Assembly (NCBI GenBank): GCA_965218585.1
Contig: CBDCLE010000003.1
Span: forward strand, 1-64,000
DNA from: Terriglobia bacterium
GTDB taxonomy: Bacteria > Acidobacteriota > Terriglobia > 20CM-2-55-15
DNA: 64,000 nt
Direction of reading: 5' to 3'
Shown here: positions 9,433-19,580 of the stretch, piece by piece
Layout of the letters: every line of letters begins with the position of its first letter
Position numbering within the stretch: the stretch's first letter is position 1
Notes under the pieces: generated by a model
What the model was told of the DNA's origin: nothing
Database searches by the model: none
What the model saw: only the letters and a program-made list of their open reading frames with translations
Program-made: the position numbers and the translations under genes

Positions 9433-10287
9433 TTACTGATCAAAAAACTGAGTGGATACCTCGTTCTCGAGGCATACGAATTCGATCAGGTTTGTATCCA
9501 GCATGATCCGCTGGTTTACCCTGACCGTAAACGGCTCCGTATACGCCATCGGATCTTCAATAGTGATATCGATTTCCAGATTTCCATAGTTCATGCGTGT
9601 GAACCGCTCGGTGATCTTCCCTGACGAGGTCAGAGGGCTGCCGTTGTAATCGAGCCACACGTCGTCCCTGAAACCGTTCGTTTCGACGACCAGCGTATCG
9701 CCCTCCCATCTTCCAATCGAGTAACCGAACCACCAAGGCAACACGTCGTCCTCAGGCTCGGGCAGGGAACGGCCGTCCGTGAAAATCTGCCGGACACCTG
9801 AGTTGGCTTCGTTGAGAATCAAGGTTACATCCGGGGTCTGGATGATCTTCCTCGGCTGGGGATGCAGGTGATAGAGCATGTGGCCCATCGGGAGACAGTA
9901 TGCGTCGGGGTTGCCCGCGGAATTGTCCGCCATTCGCTGTCGACCGACCTCTTCGGCCCATTCCGTGTAGGGCACCTCCATCTGGGCTCCGATCTCAAAA
10001 AAATTTGCCAGGGGAGGCGAACCTGGCGGTGGACTGGGACGCTCCGGGGCCGCGCCTCTGCCGATTTGCCCTCCTACCGGTGCGCGTGGGCCGCCAAGAC
10101 GCTCCCATATGCCGCTCAAATCCGGTTTGCCATTAGACGTTCTGGGTACCGGCCCTTCCAGATCCGGCTCACCGTCCGGCGTCATGGGAACTCCGGACGT
10201 GGCGAAAGCCGGCCACTGGGCCAAAAGCGTTCCCGACATCGAACTCAGGATGACAATCAGACCCGCCGTGTGTAGCAACGTTTTCAT
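9433..10287 (-). CDS. Secreted module C protein
   Basis: Signal peptide; GKPDLSGIW, CLPMG, RQIFTDGR, GYSIGRWEGDTLVVET, EFVCLENE. Confidence 0.82.
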   Translation of the reverse strand: MKTLLHTAGLIVILSSMSGTLLAQWPAFATSGVPMTPDGEPDLEGPVPRTSNGKPDLSGIWERLGGPRAPVGGQIGRGAAPERPSPPPGSPPLANFFEIGAQMEVPYTEWAEEVGRQRMADNSAGNPDAYCLPMGHMLYHLHPQPRKIIQTPDVTLILNEANSGVRQIFTDGRSLPEPEDDVLPWWFGYSIGRWEGDTLVVETNGFRDDVWLDYNGSPLTSSGKITERFTRMNYGNLEIDITIEDPMAYTEPFTVRVNQRIMLDTNLIEFVCLENEVSTQFFDQ

Positions 10288-10362
10288 CGCTGAACCTCCC
10301 GATCCATTCGATCCGTGTATCCGTCTAAACTTTACCATCTCTTCGAGCAACCTCTAAGCAAG

Positions 10363-11226
10363 TCACCGGTCGATGATGCCGGTTCCAAAGGGCAGGCCCT
10401 GCGGGGGATCCGTCCTGCAAGGTGTCGGCTCCCAGTTGGAACCGTCCGGTTCCCTCTTGAAGTGGCTGCTCGTGACGTAGGTTTCGGTCAGATACATCGG
10501 ATCTTCAACGACCGTCGTCACCACGAACCACTCTTCACCGCCAGGTCCCGGGAATCGCGTGTAGTACTCCGTCAGGAGGGCATCCTCACTGTAGGGCAGA
10601 CCGTTCTTCCTCAGGTACCCTCCACGCATCCGGGTCGTGACCACTTCGAGGGAGTCGCCTTCGGCTGAGAAATCGTTTTGCTCGAGGGCAAACCGGCCGC
10701 CACCACGACCGTCGAGTTGGCCTGCACCGACCCAACCTGCAACAGAGTGACCCTGCCAGGACCGTTCGTCTGAGTTCGCCGTCTCCGAAGAGTCAAAATA
10801 GAGGAGCCGCGTCTGCTCGCCGGCGTCCGTGTCGATTCTCAAGACGTCATCACTCTCCCAGGTGATGTGGACCCTTCCTGGCAGACGCATGATCCCTGCA
10901 GCGCCAAACGCCCGGCATTCGTTTCCTGCCGCTATGTCCGCGTCCAGGTCTCATGCGTCGGCTATCCGGTTCGCCTCCTCGTTGAGCGGTACGCTCAGGT
11001 AGTCGCCCTTGGGTGGTGTGACCATCCGGTGCCGCCAGTCTTCAGTAACGACGGCCGTCCAGTAGCCGGTCAGATCAATCGGCGTGGCCTCCTGCCCAGA
11101 CTGGACCCGCCGGCCTCCTTCTTCAACGCCCCCACCCCAGGCCTTCAGATCGGTCACCGTGCCCATGAAGAGCGTCGAAATCAAAGGGGCCCACAACATA
11201 CGGACGAACCGCTTACTTCTTTTCAT
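10363..11226 (-). pseudogene. Paralog of 6131-7039 with in-frame TGA at a conserved Trp
   Basis: Track ORFs 10951-11226 and 10363-10890 share a frame. GAC GCA TGA GAC CTG GAC (DA*DLD) aligns to DAWDLD in the paralog. Confidence 0.75.
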
Positions 11227-11268
11227 TCCCTGTTTCTAACCCCGTTCGGCTTTCACACTTTAAGATTC

Positions 11269-12268
11269 TTATTCCAGTCCCGCTGTTAAGCTTTCGTAAA
11301 CCGCTTCCAGGAACATAGCGCGGGTCCAGAACCCAGTGTCCGGATAACGCCTGTCGTAATCCAGGGAAACGTTCGAGGCTTTGATCTCATCCAGTGTCAA
11401 ACCCCGCTCCACCATGTCCCGGACGCGGTCCCGGATGATCGTCGCCAGGTCCCGATACTCGTGGACGTCGGCTTCATCGGCGGCCCGCCCGTGTCCCGGG
11501 ATCACATAGGTACCGCCTTCCTGCTTCTCCTCAGGCAAAGTTATGTCGAGAATCCGGTTGAGTCCGTCAAGAAAACCTTCATAGGTACCGCCCCGGGTTC
11601 TGTCGATGACGGGATAGCTTGTCGTGACAAACAGATCCCCGGCGACGACCACATCCGAACGACGGAAGTAAACCAGGCTATCTCCATCGGTGTGCGCGTC
11701 AGTTACTTGAATAACCCGAATCCCTTCGCCGTTCAGGAAGAACTCCTTGACCGGGCCGATGTAGGTGTCCGTAGGCCAGGCCGCTTCCGGCAGCGGAGCC
11801 TGGGTATCCGTCGCTGCCCGGAATAAAACGTTTTCCTGGGCCACTATTGTTGCCCGGGATTCATCGACTCCTCCTACTCCGCTACTGAACAGCGGTTGGC
11901 CGCCTGCTGCAAGGATCGCGTTCCCCCCCCGTGTGGTCGGGATGAACATGTGTGTTGATCACGAGCCGGATTGGCCTGTCGGTCAGCTCGCGAATAGCTT
12001 CGCGCACCCTCCTGCCCATCGGTTCGGCGCCCGTGTCGACTACGACAACTCCATCCTCCCCGATCTGCACGGCAATATTGCTTCCCGCCCCGGCCAGCAT
12101 GTAGACGTTGCCCTGGAGGTGAAGCACACCGATCTCGTTCTCACCCTGTGCGGCGTACCCGGTCCCGGTGAATCCAACCCCGCCACAGGCGGCGATAAAC
12201 AGGATGGCCTGTAGCGCCAATGGCCGTAACAGGTCAGTGTCCGATGGCTTTGACGTTTCCCACATCAT
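11269..12268 (-). pseudogene. Secreted MBL-fold hydrolase, paralog of 7062-8030, frameshifted
   Basis: THVHPDHTGG then one extra base in the 8-nt run at 11923-11930; the other frame continues NAILA ... AHTDGD ... IPGHG. Confidence 0.78.
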
Positions 12269-13161
12269 TCAGGTTCCGCGTTCCCCATCAGCTCGCGCAA
12301 CCGAAACCGATACTCCGGATACGTCGTCTCGGCACCACCTCGCGCCGCCTCCTGGGGTATCGCGTAAAACTCGCCGAATTCTGTAAGCCTTTCGGTCTCG
12401 TCTTCGGAGCCGGGCAGGTAATGAGGCACGTAATCCAGTGGCCGGGGTCCGACTTCATCGGCCACGTCACACCGGGTAACCATCAGCCGACTCAGACTCT
12501 GGTTCGGGTTGAGGACCCAGTCGGTACTCCGGATAAAAGGCTCGGTCAAATAGACAGGGTCTTCGACGAAGGTAATCACGGTGAGATAGTTCCCGTTTCG
12601 GATGAAGTGTTCTGTCATTTTAGCTTCATCGCTTGTGGCCACGCCGTTGCGCTGGAGGTAGCCGGCCTTGATGTGCGTTGTCTCGACCGTCAACATCCCG
12701 CCGACCCACTTCCCGGTCGAAAACCCCTGCCAGCGGTGGGGGGCGAACTCGGGTGGATGCTCTCGCCCGTCCATCCAGATCACACGGGTCGTCCGGAAAT
12801 ACAGACCATCGAGCTCGAACGCGACCAGTTCCTGCGCTTCCGGGTCGACGACTCTGGAGATGCGCATGTTGTTGGGACCCCGCGTCGAATAGACGGCCGG
12901 ATGCGGAATACACATGTGCTCCCGCGATGACAGTATTCCCGCGTCCCAGCTGTCCGCCTTCTGACGCGCTTCGTCATTGAGCGGAATACCTGTGTAGTCG
13001 CCCAGAAATGGGCCGGGTCCACGGTGCTCCCGGTCCTCATGGGGCACGCCATACCACTGCCCCGCGAAGTCGTTATTGATCTGGGCAAAGCTTGGATGGC
13101 TCCCCAGCACGAGGGCCGACAACAACAGACCTCGAATACTGGCTGGACTGACCTTCCGCAT
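12265..13161 (-). CDS. Secreted module C protein, HEDxEHR subtype (paralog of 8020-8913)
   Basis: Long blocks identical to 8020-8913 (PGPFLGDYTGIPLND, CIPHPAVYSTRGPN); GAGG RBS. Confidence 0.82.
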   Translation of the reverse strand: MRKVSPASIRGLLLSALVLGSHPSFAQINNDFAGQWYGVPHEDREHRGPGPFLGDYTGIPLNDEARQKADSWDAGILSSREHMCIPHPAVYSTRGPNNMRISRVVDPEAQELVAFELDGLYFRTTRVIWMDGREHPPEFAPHRWQGFSTGKWVGGMLTVETTHIKAGYLQRNGVATSDEAKMTEHFIRNGNYLTVITFVEDPVYLTEPFIRSTDWVLNPNQSLSRLMVTRCDVADEVGPRPLDYVPHYLPGSEDETERLTEFGEFYAIPQEAARGGAETTYPEYRFRLRELMGNAEPE

Positions 13162-13303
13162 ATCAAACCACCTCATAAGTACCTGGACAAGGTGTCCGTC
13201 ATTCTTCCAGATTAGGTTCCCGACTCGGGTAGGGTATCGCGATCCAGCGCGCCACCGCAATTTGTCCAACCCTCGGTCTTTCGGGCGAGTTCCGAAGGCA
13301 CGG

Positions 13304-13771
13304 TCAATCGGCGCTTCCTGACGACTTGGAGTAAAGGAACCTGTCTGCGGAGAGGGCGCCCGCTCCCATTATTAGTACGGCGACTCCCATCGCAATGGAA
13401 AGGAGCTGAAATTCATAGCCTTCGCTTCCAGCCGGCATTCCCCCGGTCCAGTTCATGAAGAAGCCGTTGGGGCCGTTAACTAATATGACTGCGAAAACCT
13501 GGACGACAGTTACGCCGAACGATGCAATTCGGGTCAGAAACCCGACGATCAACCCGAGGCTCCCCAGGACCTCGGCCGTGATGGCGAGGAACGCAAAAAC
13601 GGCCGGAATTCCCCCGACCTCGGTCATGCGGGTCATCGTTGCTTCGAAGCCGGGGCCGCCAAACCAGCCGAACAGCTTCTGTGCTCCGTGGGGGAATATC
13701 ACGATCCCCAACATCACCCTGATGATCACAGGACCGAAATCGTCAGAGGTCTGGATGATCCGAGAGAACAT
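13304..13771 (-). CDS. DoxX-family membrane protein
   Basis: RVMLGIVIFPHGAQKLFGWFGG, GYEF, GAGALSAD; four hydrophobic segments. Confidence 0.88.
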   Translation of the reverse strand: MFSRIIQTSDDFGPVIIRVMLGIVIFPHGAQKLFGWFGGPGFEATMTRMTEVGGIPAVFAFLAITAEVLGSLGLIVGFLTRIASFGVTVVQVFAVILVNGPNGFFMNWTGGMPAGSEGYEFQLLSIAMGVAVLIMGAGALSADRFLYSKSSGSAD

Positions 13772-14027
13772 AGCCAGGATCCCTTGCCTTAAAGAGTTAC
13801 GCGGTTTCTGGTCGCGGCCGTTTGGAGCAGCTGATGGCACCGCATTCTCCCATAGCCAGCTCGTGTGAACAAATTTCTTGACTCTGAACTGCCCACCCAC
13901 AGCTGTTGCGCTGGCTGAAACGGAAATGCTCGCCGCGGTTCCTGATGTTTCAAGTTATCCCGCTGCTTTTGGTGGATAATGGCCGGGCGCTTCGGTGTGT
14001 CAATCGGATCGATCTCGGGAGGAAACA

Positions 14028-15242
14028 ATGATTCGTCAGCTTCATCAGCCCTCGATTTTCGTGTTGCTCTTGGCAGTCGTATTTCTATCCTGCGCGGCCG
14101 AGACGAGTGCACAAGACATAGTGCTCGGCCGATCTGGTGCGACTTGCGCCGATGATCCGAATTGTATCAACCGCTTGCATCCGACGATCCCCATGGTCGC
14201 CAGGGCTGAATCGGGTGAACAGATAGTCTTCCAATCCCGTTCGACAGTGGCACTGGAGGGTCCACCGGGTAGCACCATACATTCACTTTCAGGGCCGGTG
14301 CACATCGTCGGCACCCGGGCGGGAGACACGATCGCCGTTACCGTTGTCAGTGTGGAGCCCTTTAGCGGTGGCATAACGAGGATCACCGGGAACGGTCTTC
14401 TTGCCGATCAGTTTGCCGATCAAGTCGGGAGGATTATCAGCTGGGAGCTTGGACCCGACTACGCCACCTCGCCCGACATTCCCAATGTACGCATTCCGAA
14501 GAGAGGTTTTCCGGGTGTCATCACCTCTCTGCCCGGACCTGGGCAGATCACCACGTATCTTGCTCGTGAACTCGCTGCTGCTGCGGCCGGGGGGCGCGGC
14601 CAACTGCCGGAACCGATCAATGCCGTGCCTGTCGATATCTGCGGACCCGACAGTCCCATCAGGGAGGAGTGTGTACGCACCGGACCTCCCCGTGAACATG
14701 GTGGCAACATGGATATCCGCTATCACAATGCCGGTACGACCATATACATCCCTTGCTATATAGAGGGTTGCGGTCTTGCCATAGGTGATGTGCACTATGC
14801 ACAGGGTGATGGGGAAGTAGCGGGAACGGCCATCGAGATGGCCGCAGACGTAACCGTGAGAGTCGAGGTATTGGCCCAGACTAAGTCCCTGACACGGGGT
14901 CCTCACTATGAGGGAGATGTCGAAGTTCTCGGTCCGTCAACCGGGCGTTTCTATGCGACTACGGGCCTGCCTTTCAAGGAAGCGGGTGATTTACCGTCAC
15001 ACTTGCGATACCTTCAATCACCTGTAGCGGAAGAACTGGCCTATTTGTCCGATGATCTGTTTTTAGTGGCCCGCAATGCGTTGATGGAAATGATCGACTA
15101 TCTGACCGCAAATCATGGGTTGACGCGCGAGCAGGCCTATTATCTGGCGAGTGTCGCTGTGGATCTGAGAATCGGTCAACTCGTTGATGCGGGCCACATC
15201 AACGTGACGGCAGTTCTGCCCCTCGACGTCTTTGTCGAATAA
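14028..15242 (+). CDS. Acetamidase/formamidase-family protein with signal peptide
   Basis: NRLHP, HSLSGPV, PPREHGGNMD, GDVHYAQGDGEVAGTAIE, GLTREQAYYLASVAVDLRI. Confidence 0.9.
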   Translation: MIRQLHQPSIFVLLLAVVFLSCAAETSAQDIVLGRSGATCADDPNCINRLHPTIPMVARAESGEQIVFQSRSTVALEGPPGSTIHSLSGPVHIVGTRAGDTIAVTVVSVEPFSGGITRITGNGLLADQFADQVGRIISWELGPDYATSPDIPNVRIPKRGFPGVITSLPGPGQITTYLARELAAAAAGGRGQLPEPINAVPVDICGPDSPIREECVRTGPPREHGGNMDIRYHNAGTTIYIPCYIEGCGLAIGDVHYAQGDGEVAGTAIEMAADVTVRVEVLAQTKSLTRGPHYEGDVEVLGPSTGRFYATTGLPFKEAGDLPSHLRYLQSPVAEELAYLSDDLFLVARNALMEMIDYLTANHGLTREQAYYLASVAVDLRIGQLVDAGHINVTAVLPLDVFVE

Positions 15243-15298
15243 GTTTATTTGTCCGAACCTAGATGTTTTGGTAACGCCGAATTCGAGGAAAAGTAGAC

Positions 15299-16759
15299 AT
15301 GAGAAAACTCAATTCAAGATTTGTCTTCGTTCTGCTGATGACGAGCATCTGGGCATCGGATTCATACGCCCAGAGCGACGTCGCATTTGCACCTGAAGTC
15401 TATGCGGCCAGACGCGCGGCGCTGATGGAACAGATCGGTGATGCCGCTCTCGTGGTTCCCGGGGCGTACATGATTCAGCCGGAACACATATTGAAGCAGA
15501 CGCCCAACTTCTGGTACCTCACCGGCGTAGAGTCGCCCTATGCGATCCTGGTCGTTGTTCCCGGCGAAGACGGATTACGCGAGGCTCTGTTCTTACCTGA
15601 AGAGTTTCAGTTTGCAGTTTCCAATTTCCCGCAAAGAGACATGCGTTTTCGCGCTGCGATCTGGAATCAGCCTATACGCCGTTTGTCTCCCGGAGATGAG
15701 GCTGAGGCCGCCACACTCATAGCAGAAACCTATCCTGTTGACGATTTCAGAGATCGTCTGCTGGAAATCATCGGGGACAACGAAACGATCTACTTCATGA
15801 GTGACCCCGAGGAGTATTACGCACCGCCCGGACTGACCCCGGCAACGTCCTTCGGTCAACAGCTCGAAGCGGATGTGGCAGCCATCTTTCCTGAAGCAAC
15901 GATAAACAACGCGACACCGCTTGTAGATCGAATGCGCGACGTCAAGGACGAACATGAAATAGCTTTGATTCGCCGGGCTGTTGAGATCAGCACTATGAGT
16001 CTGGCAGAGGCAGGCAAGGCTATTGAGCCGGGGAAAAACGCGTTGGAGCTCGTCGGTCTCATGCAGTATGTATGGAAACGTGAAGGCGCCGCGCACGTAT
16101 CCCACCCACCCATGTTTTCAGTTGGGCCCGATTCTCTGCGCATGTATTCACTGAGTTACGAAAACTACAACAACGTCGATCATGTGATGCAAGCCGGCGA
16201 ACTTGCCTATGTCGATTACGGGGTTGCCGAAGTGGATATGTACGCTTCAGACGTGTGCCGGACTTTTCCGGTCTCGGGGAAATTCACACCGGAACAACGC
16301 AGGTACTACGATATCGTTGTCGAAGCGGAAGAAGCAGCACTCGAGGCAATCAAACCCGGGGCAAGATACATCGACCTCGTCAGAGCATCGGCAGGAGTTT
16401 TCAGCAAATACGGCCTGGAACAATATGAAGACATCGATGCCATGGGTGTCGAAAACGTCTGGGGTATCTTCCCGTCACCGACACATTTTCTAGGCGAACC
16501 CCTTCCCGATCCGGCGCCTGTTCCCGCCCGTGGCCTCGGTCATCATGTGGATCTGGTCGTGGCCCGACCCATCATCAACCCTGACACACTTATCGTGCCG
16601 GGCATGGTCATCACCATTGAACCGAAACTCTATATTCCGGAGCTCGGTACCGGCATGATGATCGAGGATATGATCCTTATCACCGAAGACGGTTACGAGA
16701 ATTTGTCGAGAGACCTGGCGCGAACTGCCGATGAGATCGAAGCGCTCATGGCGCAGTGA
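15299..16759 (+). CDS. Xaa-Pro aminopeptidase-like (M24B) with signal peptide
   Basis: FWYLTG, YASDVCRTFPVSGKFT, GLGHHV, ITIEPKLY, MIEDMILIT. Confidence 0.88.
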   Translation: MRKLNSRFVFVLLMTSIWASDSYAQSDVAFAPEVYAARRAALMEQIGDAALVVPGAYMIQPEHILKQTPNFWYLTGVESPYAILVVVPGEDGLREALFLPEEFQFAVSNFPQRDMRFRAAIWNQPIRRLSPGDEAEAATLIAETYPVDDFRDRLLEIIGDNETIYFMSDPEEYYAPPGLTPATSFGQQLEADVAAIFPEATINNATPLVDRMRDVKDEHEIALIRRAVEISTMSLAEAGKAIEPGKNALELVGLMQYVWKREGAAHVSHPPMFSVGPDSLRMYSLSYENYNNVDHVMQAGELAYVDYGVAEVDMYASDVCRTFPVSGKFTPEQRRYYDIVVEAEEAALEAIKPGARYIDLVRASAGVFSKYGLEQYEDIDAMGVENVWGIFPSPTHFLGEPLPDPAPVPARGLGHHVDLVVARPIINPDTLIVPGMVITIEPKLYIPELGTGMMIEDMILITEDGYENLSRDLARTADEIEALMAQ

Positions 16760-16815
16760 GGCTCACCCGAATGGTACAATTTGCGGTATCCACAGTGAAC
16801 CAGCAGGAGAACGAC

Positions 16816-17595
16816 ATGCCAACGAATCCAGGAATTGACAAGTTGAGAGTCTTGCGCGTTGCCCTGTTCATAGCAGCAATCCTGGTCGCGCATCTTACCG
16901 CGCCCGTCCTGTTGGCTCAATCCGCCCGTGGCGGGGATGACATCCCGGATTTTAACGGTGTCTGGGTTGGCGGCGGTGGCGGCGGCCGGGGCGGGGCCGC
17001 TGGCCGGGGAGGTCGCGGTGGAGGGGCGGGAGGTCGAGGGGGTCGCGGCGGACCACAGCCCACTGCCCAGGCCCAGCAGGCTATCGAGTCGTATGACCTC
17101 CTGCTTGATGATCCAGCGTACGAGTGCAGTCCGGCGAGCATCAGCCGGGCGTGGGCTAATCCGACTCCAACGGAAATAGAGCAACAGGAAGACCGTGTGA
17201 TATTGCGTCACGAATATATGGATGTCGTGCGGACCGTGTACCTGGACGGCCAGGAGCTTCCTGTTGATGCGGAACCCAATGTCGTCGGCCACTCGATCGG
17301 TCGATACGAAGGTTCGACGCTGGTGATCGAAAGCACGGGCTTTTCGCCCAGTGTTATCTCGACGGTCAGCGGATTGCCGCAGACCGAGACACTTCGCACC
17401 GTCGAGCGACTGACCTTGAGTGACGACGGCCAGACCTTTCAACACGAACTCACCCATGAGGATCCGGCAACACTCATGGCGCCGTGGACGTCCACGCGAA
17501 CGTTGCGACGTGCGCCAGAGCTCACACTTCTGGCTTTTGACTGTGTTCTTGAAGATGCGGACTATACCGAAGAGGCGCGCGACGAGGATAACTGA
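16816..17595 (+). CDS. Secreted module C protein with long Gly/Arg insert
   Basis: PDFNGVW, DDPAYECSP, GHSIGRYEGSTLVIES, EDP, AFDC. Confidence 0.8.
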   Translation: MPTNPGIDKLRVLRVALFIAAILVAHLTAPVLLAQSARGGDDIPDFNGVWVGGGGGGRGGAAGRGGRGGGAGGRGGRGGPQPTAQAQQAIESYDLLLDDPAYECSPASISRAWANPTPTEIEQQEDRVILRHEYMDVVRTVYLDGQELPVDAEPNVVGHSIGRYEGSTLVIESTGFSPSVISTVSGLPQTETLRTVERLTLSDDGQTFQHELTHEDPATLMAPWTSTRTLRRAPELTLLAFDCVLEDADYTEEARDEDN

Positions 17596-17619
17596 CACGC
17601 GCAGGAATAGGAGGATACC

Positions 17620-18036
17620 TTGAAGATAAGCCATGCCGTCGTATCAGCTCTCATAGTCACACTCCTGGCGTCGCCGCTTCTGGCTCACCATTCGACGGCC
17701 GCCAACTTCGACCGAAATTCGATTATCTCCGTCACCGGAGTCGTAACCGAATACAGGTTCCAGAATCCCCACGTACAGGTCCTTCTGGATGTCACAAATG
17801 ATGCCGGTGAGGTCGAGCAGTGGATGGTCGAAATGGCTGCGAAGAATCAGTACGTCCGGGCCGGCTGGAGTGGCGAAGAGTTCGAAACCGGACAGATGAT
17901 TACGGTAACCGGCTGGGAAGGACGTCGTCAACGCTCGACGTATCTGCAGAGTGCCATCATGCCGGATGGAACGGAGCTGGTACCTCCAGGGCTTGTGACC
18001 GGACGCCCTGGCGGTCCTGCCGGACGCAACCCTTAG
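17620..18036 (+). CDS. Secreted His-His/NPH protein (module H)
   Basis: TTG start after AGGAGG; LLA-HHS, FQNPH. Confidence 0.8.
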   Translation: MKISHAVVSALIVTLLASPLLAHHSTAANFDRNSIISVTGVVTEYRFQNPHVQVLLDVTNDAGEVEQWMVEMAAKNQYVRAGWSGEEFETGQMITVTGWEGRRQRSTYLQSAIMPDGTELVPPGLVTGRPGGPAGRNP

Positions 18037-18058
18037 TATCGGGCGTGGCCCGGCAGAA

Positions 18059-18814
18059 TCAGTCTCTGGAGCCGGGATCGAAGTTAAGGATCTCTTCTTC
18101 GAACGCCTCGAAATTCACGTTGTCCATGCACGAGAACTCTTCGACGTCCCAGTCGACTCTTCTATAGCGTCGTTGCCCTGTCCAGGATTCGGTGAACGCC
18201 ACCGGATCTTCGATCGTAAGGTCTATAAGCAGGTTGTCGTCTTCGTCGAGCCGGATGCGCTCAACCACGCGTAGTTGTTCGCTGTGGGGGACCCCCTCGC
18301 GGTCGATCCAGGTCTTGTCGTTGAAGTTGACGGTCTCGATGACGAGAGTTTCGCCTTCCCACCGGCCCGTAGAGTCACCCATCCACATCGGAGCCAGATC
18401 GGTTCGGTGCTCACGGCCGTCCGTGTAAATCTGTCGAATTACGTGGTCGTACTCGAACAGCATCACGATGCGCCCCAGCGTCTGAATGATCTCCACGGGG
18501 AAGGGATGCATGTAGATCCTGGGTGTACCGGGAGGAAAACATTGGTAGACCGGGTCATTCGTTTCCAGGACCGGGACGCCTCTGGAACCAAAAGTCGGCT
18601 TCGCCTGATCGTAGCGCTCCTGCCCCCAGGGAGTCATTGGTGGCGGATCGGCACGCAACGAAAAGTTCTGAAAGGCGCGTGTCTCTTCACGTGGGAAGTT
18701 CGCCCAGACTCCCGAAAAATCGTCGCCGTGTTCACCCGTCTGTGCGAACAGTGATGAAGGCAGCATTAGTGTAATCGCCGCTGTGACGAGCCAGACAAGT
18801 AAGCGCAGTTGCAT
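18059..18814 (-). CDS. Secreted module C protein
   Basis: DFSGVW, CFPPGTPR, RQIYTDGREH, GDSTGRWEGETLVIET, EEFSC. Confidence 0.82.
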   Translation of the reverse strand: MQLRLLVWLVTAAITLMLPSSLFAQTGEHGDDFSGVWANFPREETRAFQNFSLRADPPPMTPWGQERYDQAKPTFGSRGVPVLETNDPVYQCFPPGTPRIYMHPFPVEIIQTLGRIVMLFEYDHVIRQIYTDGREHRTDLAPMWMGDSTGRWEGETLVIETVNFNDKTWIDREGVPHSEQLRVVERIRLDEDDNLLIDLTIEDPVAFTESWTGQRRYRRVDWDVEEFSCMDNVNFEAFEEEILNFDPGSRD

Positions 18815-18836
18815 CGTTTGCTATGCCTTCCTTGAA

Positions 18837-19237
18837 TTAATCATCCGGACCGATAAGGGTGACGCCGTTCTTATCGATAACCGTCTGCAGGCGCAACGAG
18901 GGTGCCCCGCTTCTGGCCGGGTTGCCCCCGAGAGTGATCCGATCGCCGAGCTGCAGGATGTCCTTGCTCCAGCTGACTAAAGATCCGCGCTCCATGCGTG
19001 CCAGTCGATTGGGACTCGTCAATTCGCCGGACCACTGGACGACATCGCCATTCTCGTCGGTGACGTCGATGTAAATGAGTACGTGCGGATTGATGAATCG
19101 AAATTCGGCGACCGTTCCCTCCACTGTGGTCGTCTTGCTGGGATCGTAGGCTGCGCCACCGTGATGGCCGCCGCGCCGAGCGCAAACAACAACAGTCCGG
19201 TAGTAAGGAAAGAAACCGAAACCATTCTTCTGATCAT
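18837..19237 (-). pseudogene. Module H protein with a one-base deletion near 19166
   Basis: Adding one C gives LGAAA-HHGGAAYDPSKTTTVEGTVAEFRFINPH, joining the signal-peptide ORF to 18837-19124. Confidence 0.72.
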
Positions 19238-19357
19238 TCGTACCTCCTGGGCAGTCCCAGCCTATAACTAAGAGATCAAATATATTTGAGAAATAATCTC
19301 AGCGCCAGCAAAAGAAACGCGGCAATTAAGCCTCGCTATGTCTAAAGAGTCCAGTTC

Positions 19358-19561
19358 CTATTCGACTCTCGGTGTGAGTCTGAGCAAACGGCCTTCCATC
19401 TCCGAGGTCAGGATGTAGAGCGCTCCATCCGGACCCTGACGGACATGCCGGATGCGCTGCTCGAGCTCAACCAGCAGACGCTCCTCCCCAACCACCTTGT
19501 TTCCGTCCAACACGAGCCGCTCCAAATGCATTCCGGCCGTACTATTCTCAGCGGACACCAT
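19358..19561 (-). pseudogene. C-terminal remnant of a PQQ-dependent sugar dehydrogenase (GSDH/YliI-like)
   Basis: HLERLVLDGNKVVGEERLL...RIRHVRQGPDGALYILT is the family C-terminal blade; the upstream part is absent. Confidence 0.72.
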
Positions 19562-19580
19562 TTACTGAGGAGCATAGAGA

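Noticed and set aside
10951-10953. Selenocysteine or an alternative genetic code (TGA=Trp)
   Set aside because: The paralog has Trp rather than Cys at this position, TGG is used throughout, and many intact genes here end in TGA.
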